DNA of 63,135 nucleotides, the filler included, from Perkinsus chesapeaki ATCC PRA-425 (Eukaryota > Protista > Perkinsozoa), in assembly GCA_013115145.1 (NCBI GenBank). It is 3 parts of 3 records of this genome, joined end to end, with 100 filler letters (N's around TTAATTAATTAA, not from the genome) between each part and the next. Parts side by side here need not be neighbours in the genome. Positions count along the whole stretch, not along the records: positions 25,733 to 54,685 come from JAAPAO010000462.1; 2 more parts are not named here. One strand, written 5' to 3'. This document shows, piece after piece, positions 35,500 to 48,810 of this stretch. How positions within the stretch are numbered: the first letter of the stretch is position 1; every line of letters starts with the position of its first letter. A program made the position numbers and the translations under genes. The notes below the pieces were generated by a model. That model had not been told where the DNA came from and made no database searches. It saw only the letters and a list, made by a program, of their open reading frames with translations.

Positions 35500-37460
35500 G
35501 GGTTGATTCAGATTCAGACCCTGCGGCTGATGTTGTAGGACTTGACCTGAATTCGACACGAATCTGTTCAGTCGCTTCCATCAAAGCTGCAGAATACATT
35601 TTGACAGTTCGGGTATATTTAAAAGCAAGGAAGACATTCTGGGGAATTTCACGAATATCCGTTCATTTTTTTACTTATCTCCCCGCCTCTAAAGGTTCTA
35701 TTATCAGGCTAGTAGTATCAATAGGTAGTATTGCGTCAATACTATCAATGTTAATGCAAGGGATGCAAATAGAAGAGATTCTTGCGCACGATGTCCATAC
35801 GATTGACTGACGTGACTGTGCATTAACCGCGCCGAAATCTCGATGGCGTTATTTGTTCGACCAGAAAATCGAACACATATTGTCTTTCCCACTGGCCCAC
35901 CGCCGCCACTGACATGGGTACGAGTAGGATATCCACAGTTATTAATAAGTCCGAAGGCTGACCTGGAGAGTTGTTGGGTCCTTCACTCTCCGGCTTCAGG
36001 GGTGTGAACCGCGTCATCATCCTGCTGTAATCATTATTCTCTTCGTGCTTCGCTTCGACAAACATTCTTTCAAGCTCCAAATAATAGGCGAATCTGAATA
36101 CGCGACAGGTGACAGTGAAAGGTGGGACAACAACGCACAGCGCACAGTGGAGAAATTGGTATCACAGTCTATACAGAATACAACACAGTTAAGAATTGTC
36201 CTTGCATTGACAGGGCTAATCTATTCCATTTCTGCGGGGTATGTCATGAAATGTTGAATGTGTGGAGTTTGTTGGTCGGCTCAAGCGCACTACAAGATAA
36301 GCGAGCTCTTCAAACCCACGGACACTCTTAAAGGTAGTGGGTGATGTCAGGGAAAATAATAATTCTTGTATCATTGGAGGATCATACTATTTATTATATG
36401 AATTCATACTCATTAGCTTTATATAATGTGAATTGATATTCATTACCTACCCATAGAGGAGCGCGGAGACACCGAGTGGTGTACAACAAAGTTGCATTAG
36501 CATCATTCATAAACCTTCATCACACAAGAACACCAGCACCCTTCTAGTGCAAGAGCTCATATAGTCTTCGGTGTGAAAGTTTACGGAAGTGCGGTATGAT
36601 GAATCTTACGTATCTCTCAGCTCCTCAGCCGCCGAGTCCTCTATCTCGCAGTGAGCATTCTCCAATTCCTCAAGCTCGGCCATATCCTCTTCATAGGTCC
36701 GTTCACAGTTTGGAACCGAGCTGGATACCAGTTCATCATAGACTTCGAATAGGTCGCCCTGAACTTTCAGAGTCATTCAATCCCTTGAGGGCCGAAATAG
36801 GTTCACACTGAGGACTCCACAGTACGGAGATATATAACAAAGACTATTGATATAAAATATCTAACATACTTCGTGAAGATATTATATCTTCACGACAGAG
36901 AGATGAAATAAGAATGGTGATCCGAAGTACAGTGCTAGAGAAACTTCAAGTGCGCTCCCAGTGGGAACATTTGTGAAACTCGACCCGGATCTCCCGATAT
37001 TAGAAAAACCGGAAAACCCCAAAATTCCCGTAGCAGATTCAGATGAGTGCGTTTTTCTAATGGAAAATTTCTACACTCCAAAAACACGTTCCAGGCCTCA
37101 CATGCACACATCTCTGCAGCTGCGCCATCACTTCATCCGACAATGGCTCCAAGTCGTCCACACTCTCCTCTGGCATCGACGAAGAAGAGGAAGCGTCATC
37201 GTCGTACGATCCCTCCTGGACCACCGGGCAGTCCTGAGATGAACTGTATTCCCGAACTTCTAGGAATGGCGATTACATGCGCAACCTTGGCTTCATCACG
37301 ACGCCTGTGGTAACCTGAAAATACATTTTTTTCGAAACCGTCCTTGGAGCTTCTTTACACGCCGCATTGCCAATATTGGCGTTCTCGTCTCCAGGAAGAT
37401 GAAGGGCTCCTAATGCAGCTGAGACCTGACAACATCCAGGAACAAGTTGAACTGAGTTGG
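35500..37460 (-). CDS. Multi-exon hypothetical acidic protein (approximate ends)
   Basis: Splice-flanked open segments: SYDDDASSSSSMPEESVDDLEPLSDEVMAQLQR (about 37105-37250), GDLFEVYDELV...EEDMAELEELENAH (about 36606-36760) and ORF 35823-36080. Confidence 0.35.
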
Positions 37461-38785
37461 CCATTAGGGAACGTGGAATTCTTACGGTTCTTATGGTGTC
37501 TACGTTATATCATGTATATCTCATAATAGAATATTATAGATAGTACTTACAACGTACGCAAGGTATCATGTGGTGCATTCAAAGTGCTTTATCACTGCAG
37601 CAGCAGCATAGACGACGACACAGTGCACACCCTCTCATGGAAGCTGATATATAGTAATAACAGAATGGAGATGAACGAATGAAGATACACTGTCTACCAC
37701 TAATATACAGACTACAGTAAGAAAAGTTAAACAAGCGTACATAGAATTTAATACAAAGATGACCGGAAGTTGATAGTAGATCATTTCAATACCAACGCGA
37801 AACTTGATTGATAGTCAACAATAGTAGTTTACTGAGTCCACAGCGATCACTCCTACATATCACTTAACTACTACTTTCCAAATAGTCTAAGCCTATGGCA
37901 TCGAACTTGAGAATCTATATCTAATGTTATTACGATATAATTATACAACATTACTAAGTACCGTCCAAATCACTGATTTAATCAACTTAATCAATTTGAT
38001 CAACTGACAAAAAATGAACGTTAAACTCTTTGTATTAGATGAGCTAGCGCTGGAAAACCGTATGTGATATAATTTTGTGGAGGGGTTTAGTAGAATACAG
38101 AGGTACCCTCTGTATTCTACTAAACCTTCTACTCACATCATCCAGTCCAGCCTCATCAAAGTCAGACCTCATACTCGTAGGGCTGTCGAAAGGAGGGCAT
38201 TCGAACCCCAATGGGCAATTGACCTGATATCACCATCTAAATCAGCCCCGAGCGAAAAGCCATTGCACTAACAATGTTCACTCAACATTGCAATCGTTTC
38301 GCGTTTGGTTCCGGGTCGGACGGATACCCCCACAAACTGAGTGGTATAGTTTGCCTCGCTAACATGTACATACGTTTCGCTGAATGCCCTCAGCGAGTCA
38401 TAACGATCATCATCATCATGCACTTTAAAGTAAGTTCTTCAAGAATAATGAACTCTCAGAGGTCTCACCGGTCCATCTATCCTCGATATATCCACACTTG
38501 GTGCCGGGGTGTGTACCTTCATATAAACAATAACAACTCGAGTTCTTATTTCATATCTACAACTCAATAAAGATGGAAGACCTACTGCATTTCTATAAGC
38601 GTGTTGTCTTCTCCCACCGCCGGCTCCGGCAGCAGCAGCCTCGCGCGCCTTCCCCTTGGGGGTTATCCAAGTATGAGTCTGCCATGGTGTACGATGCTTG
38701 TTGCGATTGTTAGGTGTTCTGGAGGTATGCAGCATTTAATAGTACTCAATTAGACCTCAAAAAGTGTGATAATGCTGGAGAATAA

Positions 38786-38857
38786 TTCCGCGGCCGGGAA
38801 TTGAACCCGGGTCTCCTGCGTGACAGGCAGGAATACTAACCTCTATACTACCGCGGA
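38786..38857 (-). tRNA. tRNA-Asp (GTC)
   Basis: TCCGCGGTAGTATAGAGGTTAGTATTCCTGCCTGTCACGCAGGAGACCCGGGTTCAATTCCCGGCCGCGGAA: 7-bp acceptor stem, CCTGC/GCAGG anticodon stem with GTC, and a canonical T arm. Confidence 0.97.
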
Positions 38858-40279
38858 ACTGAAAGTGAGTGCCATAAATCTAACTCGCAAGATTCTGGAA
38901 GTTTTTAACTTTCCGCACGAAGCTACACTCTCCATCCCCGAAAGTCAGTCCAGCGAACACTATACTTTAAGCCTTGAATCTAATCCACACTAATTTTAGC
39001 AACAACTCGCCAACTATCACCGCCAGAACAGTATTCATCACGCAGAACTCTCAAGCATCCCAGAATTGACACCAACTTCAAACAGCAGAAATCCGTCAGA
39101 TAATAAATTGTAACACAGAGTAATTAACAGTAAACCCGTCACAGTGGCCAAAAAGCGTGTCTTCTATCGCCCATCACACCGTTCGTTCGGCGACCGTGGC
39201 TGTTCGGTGCTTGTAGACAGTGTTACCTGAAAAATACACACCCGTGAGCTTAGTCCGTCATGAAATCTCAAGTTGCCGTTCACTGCTGTTAAAAACTACA
39301 GGCCGAAGAAGTTTTGCCAAATACTAAATTCAATGACAAAAACACTGTCGCTCTGCCTTCACGAAATGCCGAAGCATCAGATATGACATGCGAGCCCTCC
39401 AGCTCTCAATGCGCACTGCCGTGGGTGGCATCCGACATAATTAAGATTTCTAATGAATCCCTCTTGGTAGTGGGAACTCCAATATATTGTATATATTTTC
39501 TTACCGGCATCATTAACAGCAATCATCTCCTGCGCCGCCTTCCCGGTTTCCATACTATCAAGCTTATCGTATCCCTTATTATCCGATGGCTGACATGAAC
39601 AAGCGCATGACCGATCTCACCGGAGCAACTTGCCAATAATCGCAAGCCCCAGCCGATCCACTAAGGATTGGTATAGGTGATGATGGATAATAATAAGATT
39701 TTCAAAAAAACCAATAAGGCCAGGAATAAAGAACCAAACTGGTCGAAAAGATGCATGACGACTGTTGAGTAAGAATTCATTCCATACATGTTGAGTCGTC
39801 CCGAAAAAATGTGCTTCCGACATCGCAAAAATATTCGCCCTCCTCAAAGGCTATTCAGGAGAGCACATTTTTGGGAGGTCACCCTCTGCATGTTTCATCC
39901 CGCTATACGGAAGCAATCAGTGTGAAAAAGAATCCAGTCTTGAGAGTCGCGTTGGTCGCAGCGTTTATGTGGGCTTTGCCGGATTCAGAGGACGATCGGA
40001 TACATCTAAATTCTCGCTTCATCAACTGGAAGCTTCTCCGGCGAGTCCCCGAAAACAGGTGAATTCACAATGGTGATGTTCCAGAGGCTGTTTGTCGGCT
40101 GGGTTTGAATTTCTGACGCTGATTCCAGCGAATCAATTCATATTAGTGAAAGCGGGAGCGCACTTGACGTAGCTGAGCGGTCATACGTCGCGTGACATAG
40201 AATGAAAAAAAATCAAAAGTTAAAAATAACATTATATAAATTAATATAAAATAAATATTGTTAATTCCCAAAATACCTA

Positions 40280-43200
40280 TTAATTGCCATATCTACAACG
40301 CAGAGAGGCCAGAGACTTTTCCGGACTTGATAGAGTACAAGATGAACTCACCTCTGCGGGCTTCGAAGAATACATATATATCGCAACTATGACCAAGACA
40401 GCACCAATGATAAACGTCGGGCGAACTTCAAATCCGAGGAACAGTGCACTGATAGTCGTACCTGAACCAGCGGACTGACGGAAACTATCCGACAGCGACT
40501 TCGCGCCCCGGTGATGGTGAGAACTGCTCACACTGTCAACCTCAATTCCAAAGATACTCCCAAAAACTCACTCGATATAATTGCAGCTGCTGTAGCGAAG
40601 TTCTTCAGTATTGTATCGGCGTATTTGATCACAACGGCGACGATGAGGCCGCCGCCAGCTTCAAGGAAGATTGTCGCTAAGAAGAGGGAAGTAACAAAAA
40701 TACGCGGCTTATAGTTGATTTAAGTTCGCAGCAAAAAATGATGATGACTGATGAAGTCATCCATCTTAGAAAAGTTCCGGCCAAAGACGTTTAGTAAATT
40801 ATACACTCGAGAGACTCCCTTGAAAATATACTATCAATACACAGTAACGCTTAGCCTTAAAAGCAGCATGGGCTATACAGTGATCAATTGCCCTGTGAAA
40901 TACAACCCTACAGCTCACTTGTATTCCTCTCACTGTCAGGGAGATATCCTCGCATGAGATTCCAAGGCGAGATCCAGAGACGCGCAAATTTGGGCCAAAA
41001 ATGGGACAGGGAGATTTTTAGAGAGTTCGGCCTGCGCAACAAGGTTTTCAGAATAATATTGTTATATGACTTACAGTCGAAATTTCAGCTCAAAACTCGC
41101 CATAAGTTAAGGACTTCTCGCACTGAAGAGTTTCGACCTCTCTAGATTGCGCGTACTGTAGCAAATTCGCGCCACACCAAGGAACTTTGCAAAGCCCAGC
41201 GAAGCTCACAATGCTCCAAAAATGAACAGGAATCTCGTAGATTCCCACTATAGTAAAGTCGAGCCGATTGTAGTTCCGGACACTAATAGTGTCACACTAT
41301 CGAGTAAGAGAATACGGAAAGGCATACTAGCGGAATAGTACAGCATTTCCCGGTCATGCTTCCGACACGCGCACTGATATTTCCGAGACCGCGAGCGAAT
41401 ATGCGCGCGTCACAAGTATTTCTGTTTTTTCTGTATTATGGTCATTGCCATCTGAACGTTATCTGTAGTGGAGCCGACTGTTACAAAATTAAATTATCCC
41501 GAAAGTCTCTTGGCACACAACCGAATGCAAGACTTGCCCACTATAGCTTACTCCATGTGAGAGGCGAGTAACCATAGAAAAAGCCATTCTGCCTCAACGC
41601 TGTATGGTCTTTGATAAGCATTGTACCTGACGAACATTGTACCTTAGCGGAGCGAAGCCACGGTCTTACATATAGCGCTCGTGGACGCGAAACTTGCTAG
41701 CTGGAAATTCCGGACCCAAAGTGTGTACGGCTTCTGAACATTCGGTGCACCCTAAAATGACCAAAACTACCCGACGGCATTCCAAAACGATTCACCGACA
41801 CCAGCACACCATTGAACTCGATGAAAGAAGCCTCCTGGAATCTCTTCATGCTTTCTATCACATTGTAGTGTTCTACTAGCGACCTAGGTTATGAAGTGTG
41901 CTGTTGGTGCGGAAACCTGTTATAAAGCTCGTTACTGCTTCGAGAATCACGGAAATGGACTCCTCTAAATTATTCCTATTGCGGAGCTGGTCCACCGATA
42001 AAGATATGTCGCATAACGATGTACCAGTTGCGTTCCTCCTTATGGATACTAACCGAGCTTTCCTCCAGACTTACATCCTTCCCGAAGCTGCCTCTCTTCA
42101 ACATATACTCGAAATAGACAGCTGCAAAACCACTGGTCATACAGGCGAAGAGAATCGCGATGATGCCCACCAGAAGGCCTAAAACGTTGCTTGCAATTGT
42201 CGAGCTAAAAACGTATATCAACCGAGCAACAAAGACACAGTATGAAACCTACCAACTCGATTGTATCAGCAATATTAAACCTAGATAATTATACAACTAC
42301 AATGTGTGACTCACACGCACTTTCCATGAATGCTGAAAAGACACTGGCGAATGGTCTTGTTATGAGTGTCGTTTCACAGATGATCTCGAGTCGGCGTTAG
42401 TTCAAGATTTGAGGTTGAGGGTCTAATAGGAAGTGTGTAGATTTCGAACAGATTTCGATGAGTCTCAACAGCCTCTAGTATGGCTCCACTGTATACCGTT
42501 CGCGTGATCTTGAGCCACAGATCGATTCAGAAACGATAAACGAGCGGAGTGCAAAGAACTTGCCACTCAGGCGAGGATCGACCGAACCGGCAATCAGAGC
42601 AGTAGCTGGAATGAACCGCAGCTTTTATTGAGGAATGTCCTACGGATGCATCCGGGCAAATCGCAACTGACATTTCTAATTCCACTTCACTTTTCTTACT
42701 AGCATTGTCCTTCTGCGAACTGTCGTCCTTTTCCTTCAATTGTGACAGTTGTACGATCGATACACCAATGAGCAATACCTACACTTTAAAGTTCCACCAA
42801 TTCCCTCCAAACGACTTACAATCAAACTTAACACCTGCTTTTGTGAAAGCCTTTTGTGAAGTATCAAAACGGAGAACAACGCGGTCGTCAGAATCTTGCC
42901 CTGACACAAAACACCCGGATTCCGCGGAGTAAAAGTCTGGTCCTGTCCGATGATCAGCAGGACTGCTGCAATATCAATTAGACGGAGAATTCATACTTGA
43001 ATTGATATTCAGTGATTAACAAAACTGAGATCTCCACCAATTTCATTTGGACGTTGATACCCCCACAAATAGCATTAAAAGGCTCTCCCGTTAAGTACTG
43101 CAGGGATGTGTATTCTTCGGCGAGAGTCAGGCGTAGCCGGCGAGAAGTGGGTATGGTGAAATTAAATCAAAGGTTGGCACTACATTGGTGAACGAAATAT

Positions 43201-44660
43201 AGCTAAGCATGACATAATCTGATTTAATGGTTAAACCTGTTAACTCTAGTTCTCGCGTATCGACATTTTAAGGTTATTCTCAATTAATTCGGAGCACTGT
43301 AGTACGATGAGTGGGCGATTCAGAAGCCTACCTGATAGGTGATTTGGAAAACCGCAGCTTGCAGGTGAGTAATAGCGAGATACAAGGCATTCTTTTGTAT
43401 GGCATAACATATCGCTGGAACACTCATCTTCACGTAGTCAGTGAAGCTCGAGAAAACTTCTGTCCTGAAGAGAACCGGGCAAACTTATGTTGGGAATGCT
43501 GAGACGCGACGGGAAATAAGAGTAATTGTAACTATAAGTGAGGAAGAGTTTAACTCTTAGAGTTATCCCCATTATGAATGTGGAAGAGTTATCCCCATTA
43601 TGAATGAGAAAGAGTTATCCCCATTATGAATGAGAAAGAGTTATTTCCATTATGAATTAGGAAGAGTTATTTCCATTATGAATGAGGAAAGGTCATTTTC
43701 GGCGATTTTTTCCGCACTGCTTTTCTCCGACCTACTTCCAGAAAAGCCTCAAATTTCGGAACGACCATCGGATTCTCTTGGTATTCTGAAAGAACGCCAA
43801 CGTAATTAACAATGTACCTGAGAGCAACTATACGTTGAAACAATCAACAGTTAGACATTTGAGCACGGCAGTATTGGCGGGGAGAATATAATATGTATCC
43901 ACCCGCTATTACGGGTACTATACGCAACTAGATCCATTTCGTGTATAAGCTTGCTTAAGCCAGCATTAATTTTCTAGTTTCGTATTACTATACCCTAGCA
44001 TACAGTGTGTTCAATTGTTATAGTCCAGAACCGAAAAATGTAATAATTTTACCATCATCAATATATCATTTTGCAATTAGAATGAATGTATAGTACCGAA
44101 GTATTCTTATTAACCTGCGGTAATTAAAATAAATGTAGAGTACCAAAGTATGCTTTTAACCTGCGGTAATTAAAATAAATGTAANNNNNNNNNNNNNNNN
44201 NNNNNNNNNNNNNNNNNNNNNNNNNNNNNNNNNNNNNNNNNNNNNNNNNNNNNNNNNNNNNNNNNNNNNNNNNNNNNNNNNATAGTACCGAAGTATGCTT
44301 TTAACCTGCGGTAATTAAAATAAATGTATAGTACCGAAGTATGCTTTTAACCTGCGGTAATTAAAATAAATGTATAGTACCGAAGTATGCTTTTAACCTG
44401 CGGTAATTAAAATGAATGTAAAGTACCGAAGTATGCTTTTAACCTGCGGTATAGGAGCTGAAATTCCTTCCACTGTGGCTTACATGTTATCAGCTTCGTC
44501 GTCTCATCACATACCACAGCCGTACTCGCCAGGAACATCGGCCCCGGCCTCGTTCGGGCATACCGCATCGTCAACACCAGTGCTGAGAAACAGGTAACAT
44601 ACCAGAGAGAATACATAGCAGACAAAAGCCTAAATCTTAGCGATGATTTCTCGTCGACTA
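40280..44660 (-). CDS. Nucleotide-sugar transporter, SLC35A family (UDP-Gal/UDP-GlcNAc/CMP-Sia-like), multi-exon; 5' end uncertain
   Basis: LVLTMRYARTRPGPMFLASTAVVCDETTKLITC; GKILTTALFSVLILHKRLS; LIGVSIVQL; SGFAAVYFEYMLK; GGLIVAVVIKYADTILKNFATAAAII; FIIGAVLVIVAIYMYS. Confidence 0.9.
43559..43689. repeat. Intronic minisatellite, about 5 units of 26 nt (aagagttatccccattatgaatgagg-like)
   Basis: Directly visible tandem units with gradual divergence (cccc to ttcc). Confidence 0.9.
44085..44450. repeat. Intronic minisatellite, 46-nt unit, interrupted by an N-gap
   Basis: tatagtaccgaagtatgcttttaacctgcggtaattaaaataaatg is repeated on both sides of the gap at about 44185-44281. Confidence 0.95.
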
Positions 44661-47600
44661 GTAGCCGTGCTGAAAGGTGATAAAGTAATAACTAATCACG
44701 GTATGAACAGACATATACTATACGAAGCACACACCCAAACCACATTAAGCGATTTTAAGATACCCCACAATCGGGAACCGAGTACAGCGATGCACTAAAA
44801 CAACACTCCTCGTTTTCCTAGTAGATGCTTCTTATGCTTGGTAAGACATTAATAATATACCATCACAAACAGAAATGTTCCCTTCGACTTCCCACGGAGT
44901 ATATCCGCCCGACTACGGTGTCAGAGACTCTGACCGCCACAGGCAGCTTATCTCTCAGCCATTCTTCACAGTCAAGTAGCGTGTTTCTCTATATCACCTG
45001 TTACTTCGAATGCGCAGAGGGAAATGATTTCCTTCTCGTGATTCTTCTAGCGCTCACAAGCTTGGTAGTGCCATTCTTATTTGGAAATTACAAAGTAAAG
45101 TAGGTTACCGAGTTGGCACTTTCCAAAACGATGTTTTCCCACTTTAGTGAAGATGGCCAACATTCAATGGTGAAAGGTTCAAGCACCAATAGTATTTTTC
45201 CTTTATGAATATCCAACGCCATTTGCCCTACTTACCAGTATTCTGCACAGTGAGTACCAAAAGTGAAAGATATCTAGGTTGCAAAAGGTGACTAATAGGA
45301 ATCATATCCGAAGTACAATAGAAACGACAATGACAACTGCTGCTAAAGGAATCTTTTCACGTTACCAGATGCATGCTTCAACATCGCTCACTAGCGTGGC
45401 TTCACCGTATGCTTATTTTCTCAACTACTCTCGTTCCGACCCAGTTGTTCATTCGCCAATCAAAGTGTGACTCAATCTGCGCTTTCTCCAAATGTGATAA
45501 TTTTTCAAAATCCAAAAGTCTGCGAATACCATAAACCATTTTACGCAGGATTGTACCGAAGATTTGATGAGATTCTGAATTCTTAACTCACCAACATGAT
45601 CGCCTCAGCTTCCATAAACCATCTTATCGACCTAGCTCGATTTCAAAGATACGCCACCACCGCACTATAAAGAATCTGCATTTAACCTCTTCGTTATCCC
45701 CTCAACAATCACGCCCGTTATCTCCCCATTGAGGAACTGACTCCAACGCAAGCAAGATTAAGGAATATGATAGCACTATCGATACGCCTGGTATCCAATA
45801 ACATTACCGTACTCATCTTTATGAACCACATTTACTGGCCTCCTCCACAGTCTATTCATCAAGGCAAATGCTACCCATACACTGACATACGAGGAATAGA
45901 ATAATGACTATCAAGTAACCGACAACAGGCCTCAGACTCAAAGGCTTGGAGGTGCTACTATTGGACTTCAAGATACAATAAAATGTTAATAGTTGGCAAA
46001 TACATTGCTAAATAGTAAAGCATAGAATGACTAACTGTCATACTAGAATTATTGCCTTACAACAAAACTAATGCAAACGATGCGTACTAAGATATATTAA
46101 AACGCTCTAGCGTTCGCTCGACTGTGCATTTTACCAAGCTGAACACTCTCTGACGAGAGTCTTCAACTCACGGAAATAGATAGATAACGAATCGACGATG
46201 CTTCCCCACTACTACTATCACAACAGAACTAGGCTGTACATTTTGTGTAATTGTTACAAAGTAATATAGTTATATTGTTACAAAGTAATATAATTATAGC
46301 AGTTTTGTTATATAAATGATGTAATCATCCATCAACTGCAGTAACCTGCCCTTACTACCCGAATACACTGGCAAATACAAGACCAAGTTGGCTTGCCCCT
46401 CCACCACCACCGTCAGGAGGAGGAGGAGATCCTCGTCGATGGAAAGTATCCTAAACAGCAGTCTTATGCACGGATCAAGCAATGCGCTGTAACTATATAT
46501 GTAATTGATAAATAAAGTATAAACATGACTATATATTAGTAAATATGAATATATAATTTCACCTATCAACAATAGACATTATCCTTTCCAAAAGGTCCAA
46601 AAAGTATTTTTCTAGACAAAGAGGAGACGTCGAATGCATTCCCTCTGTTCCTAACGTGTGATGTTTTCCAACGCCCATGACTATCATAACGGAAGGCCAT
46701 GCCGCATAACCACAATAGATGGCCCGCCTATTGGGCGTTCCTAGGAAGTAGAGTCGTCTGCCAGAGTTGAACAGTTTTGTCATTAGCTAATAATAATATA
46801 TCGATCAACCGTTTCATTCTCATTTCTGTATCCTTCCCACACCGAACCGACTCCCGCCTCCCGACGCCAAAGTCACGCTGTCATATGCAGACAAAAGAAA
46901 ATTACTTATTACGCAAGCTATTAAATTCGATAGGAATTCTTCAAATTCAAAAAAAAAATCTAACGCTCTTCCCGCTCTGATGAATTTCCGAAGAACATGT
47001 TTTTGTCAGTTGAAGGATACTCCCTCCTGCCTGCGCACGCTAAATATTGTGATAAGTACTATCTTAGTGCATATCTTTGCATTAACGGTTTCATGTACCA
47101 CTCATGTGGACCGATACTAAGTATATAAAGCATTGGATAAGCTGCTCTCAGAGCCTATCCTGTTGGGTTGAGTATCCTAACACAATGAATATTGTCCCCG
47201 TGTGTGCTATAAGCTGCGCTAAGCTAGAAAGCTACTGTGAGCAGTAATAAGTATTAAGTTAGGTGAATTGTATCTTAGAGCCTACTAAGTGTTGTGATTT
47301 ATACCCTAATAAGGTTACACTATCTCTATTCCCCATCCGCTCCACAGTCCATCGATCATCGACACCATCTACCGACTCCCGCCCAATTACCCCCCTCCTC
47401 ATATCACCTGATGAGCCTCGCTCTGTTCCGGCAGGCTTTCCCTTGTTTTCTGTAATGAAGTTCGCCAAAGGCTCTTTCTAGCCCCCAGGTTGATTGTTGA
47501 TCGGCTGAGCATTCGAGTGGTGGGATATAACAGCCATGATGAGGTTCTAGATAACATAACAAAACCACTATTGCACATGAAATCAGATGACAAATTTCGT

Positions 47601-48202
47601 CGGTCAATTTGAAAGAGGGAAAGTTGAATTTAATAGTACTCAACGAAGTACTGTAACGGATTCATAACGTATCGACGCTTTCGTGAAGCGTGACGAGAAT
47701 ACTACTCTTCATTAAATCCTAATTCCCCACCCAACACATTATCATACAACCAACGCCCCAAACTGCGCTCAGGAAGAGCATGCTCCTCGAGCTGAAGATA
47801 ACCTCATCAATTTGGCACGCGTTGTTGGTTGTTACTAATAACCGAATCCCCACTGAAACTACTCCTGGTCGTCGTCACCAGCGCTACTCGGGGCTCCAAG
47901 ACTTCCATCGAATGCAAGAGCTAATCACAGATTCCGTAGATGGATGGAATGCATGCAAAAATATATTAGGAAATCGATTTAAAATATGAGATATAATAAC
48001 GAGTAAATTGATGCAGATCCATAAACTGTATTCCCAATTCTAATAATTAACCCCTCCATTTTGTGAACACAACACTATCCTCAATCACAGACGACATCTC
48101 GACATCACCTTTAACATGCTCTCAACAGCAGCAGCAACAACATATAGCGAAAAGTAAGCCAGAGATAGGGTAAAATACTATCCTCGAAAACTCGTATCGT
48201 TT

Positions 48203-48634
48203 TCACTTCCTCGAGCCAAACATTTTTTTGAAATTAATTCCCTTCTTGAATTCAACAAAGACTTGTTTAATATCCTTATCATCAATAGGAACAGCCTCCT
48301 GCAACCTTCTTGAATCCTCCTTGCTCGGGATCGACACGTGATCCAGACTCCCCCCTCCACAATCTTTACCGAGCGCACAAGCGTAAGTTAAAAACTCACA
48401 GCCACTAACATCTTCCAGAAGACGACCCTTTTCGATACCCCTTTTCGCCCGACCCGATAAGAATCTGTTGCGAATCCTGCTCCACCCACCTCGAACCCGC
48501 CGCGGAGGACCTTCCAAAAGAATGTCGGATAGATACCATGAAGAATACTTCCGCTGGATGTCATCCACCTCCATTGCACTCGTCGAGGAATCGAAGCGTA
48601 ATGAAGAAGAATGATACAATGATTTCCATCGCAT
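48203..48634 (-). CDS. Unknown family 'X', copy 1 (possibly degenerate)
   Basis: C-terminal block FLTYACALGKDCGGGSLDHVSIPSKEDSRRLQEAVP...EFKKGINFKKMF is shared with copies 2 and 3. Confidence 0.45.
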   Translation of the reverse strand: MRWKSLYHSSSLRFDSSTSAMEVDDIQRKYSSWYLSDILLEGPPRRVRGGWSRIRNRFLSGRAKRGIEKGRLLEDVSGCEFLTYACALGKDCGGGSLDHVSIPSKEDSRRLQEAVPIDDKDIKQVFVEFKKGINFKKMFGSRK

Positions 48635-48810
48635 TTTTTTTTTTGCATTAACAACACTAAAAGGTACCTCAGTATTCCCATCAGAGGAACAACCGTCTTA
48701 GAACAATCCTCAATTAAAGCACTGCCCAGCAATCAGAAAAAGCAAAGCACGTTCAAGATACAGTTTTGAAATGCAGTTTCACAAACATCCCTAATCAACT
48801 CTGTTCCTTT

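Noticed and set aside
40165-40200. tRNA D-arm-like gacgtagctgagcggtcatacgtc
   Set aside because: No anticodon arm, T arm or B box follows.
42508-42523. Possible spliced-leader relic (ATCTGTGGCTCAAG on the minus strand)
   Set aside because: Only the 9-nt TGGCTCAAG matches the perkinsid/dinoflagellate SL; it is intronic and not upstream of an ATG, so chance is likely.
43559-44450. Possible CRISPR array
   Set aside because: Head-to-tail units with no unique spacers, a eukaryotic intronic context and no cas genes.
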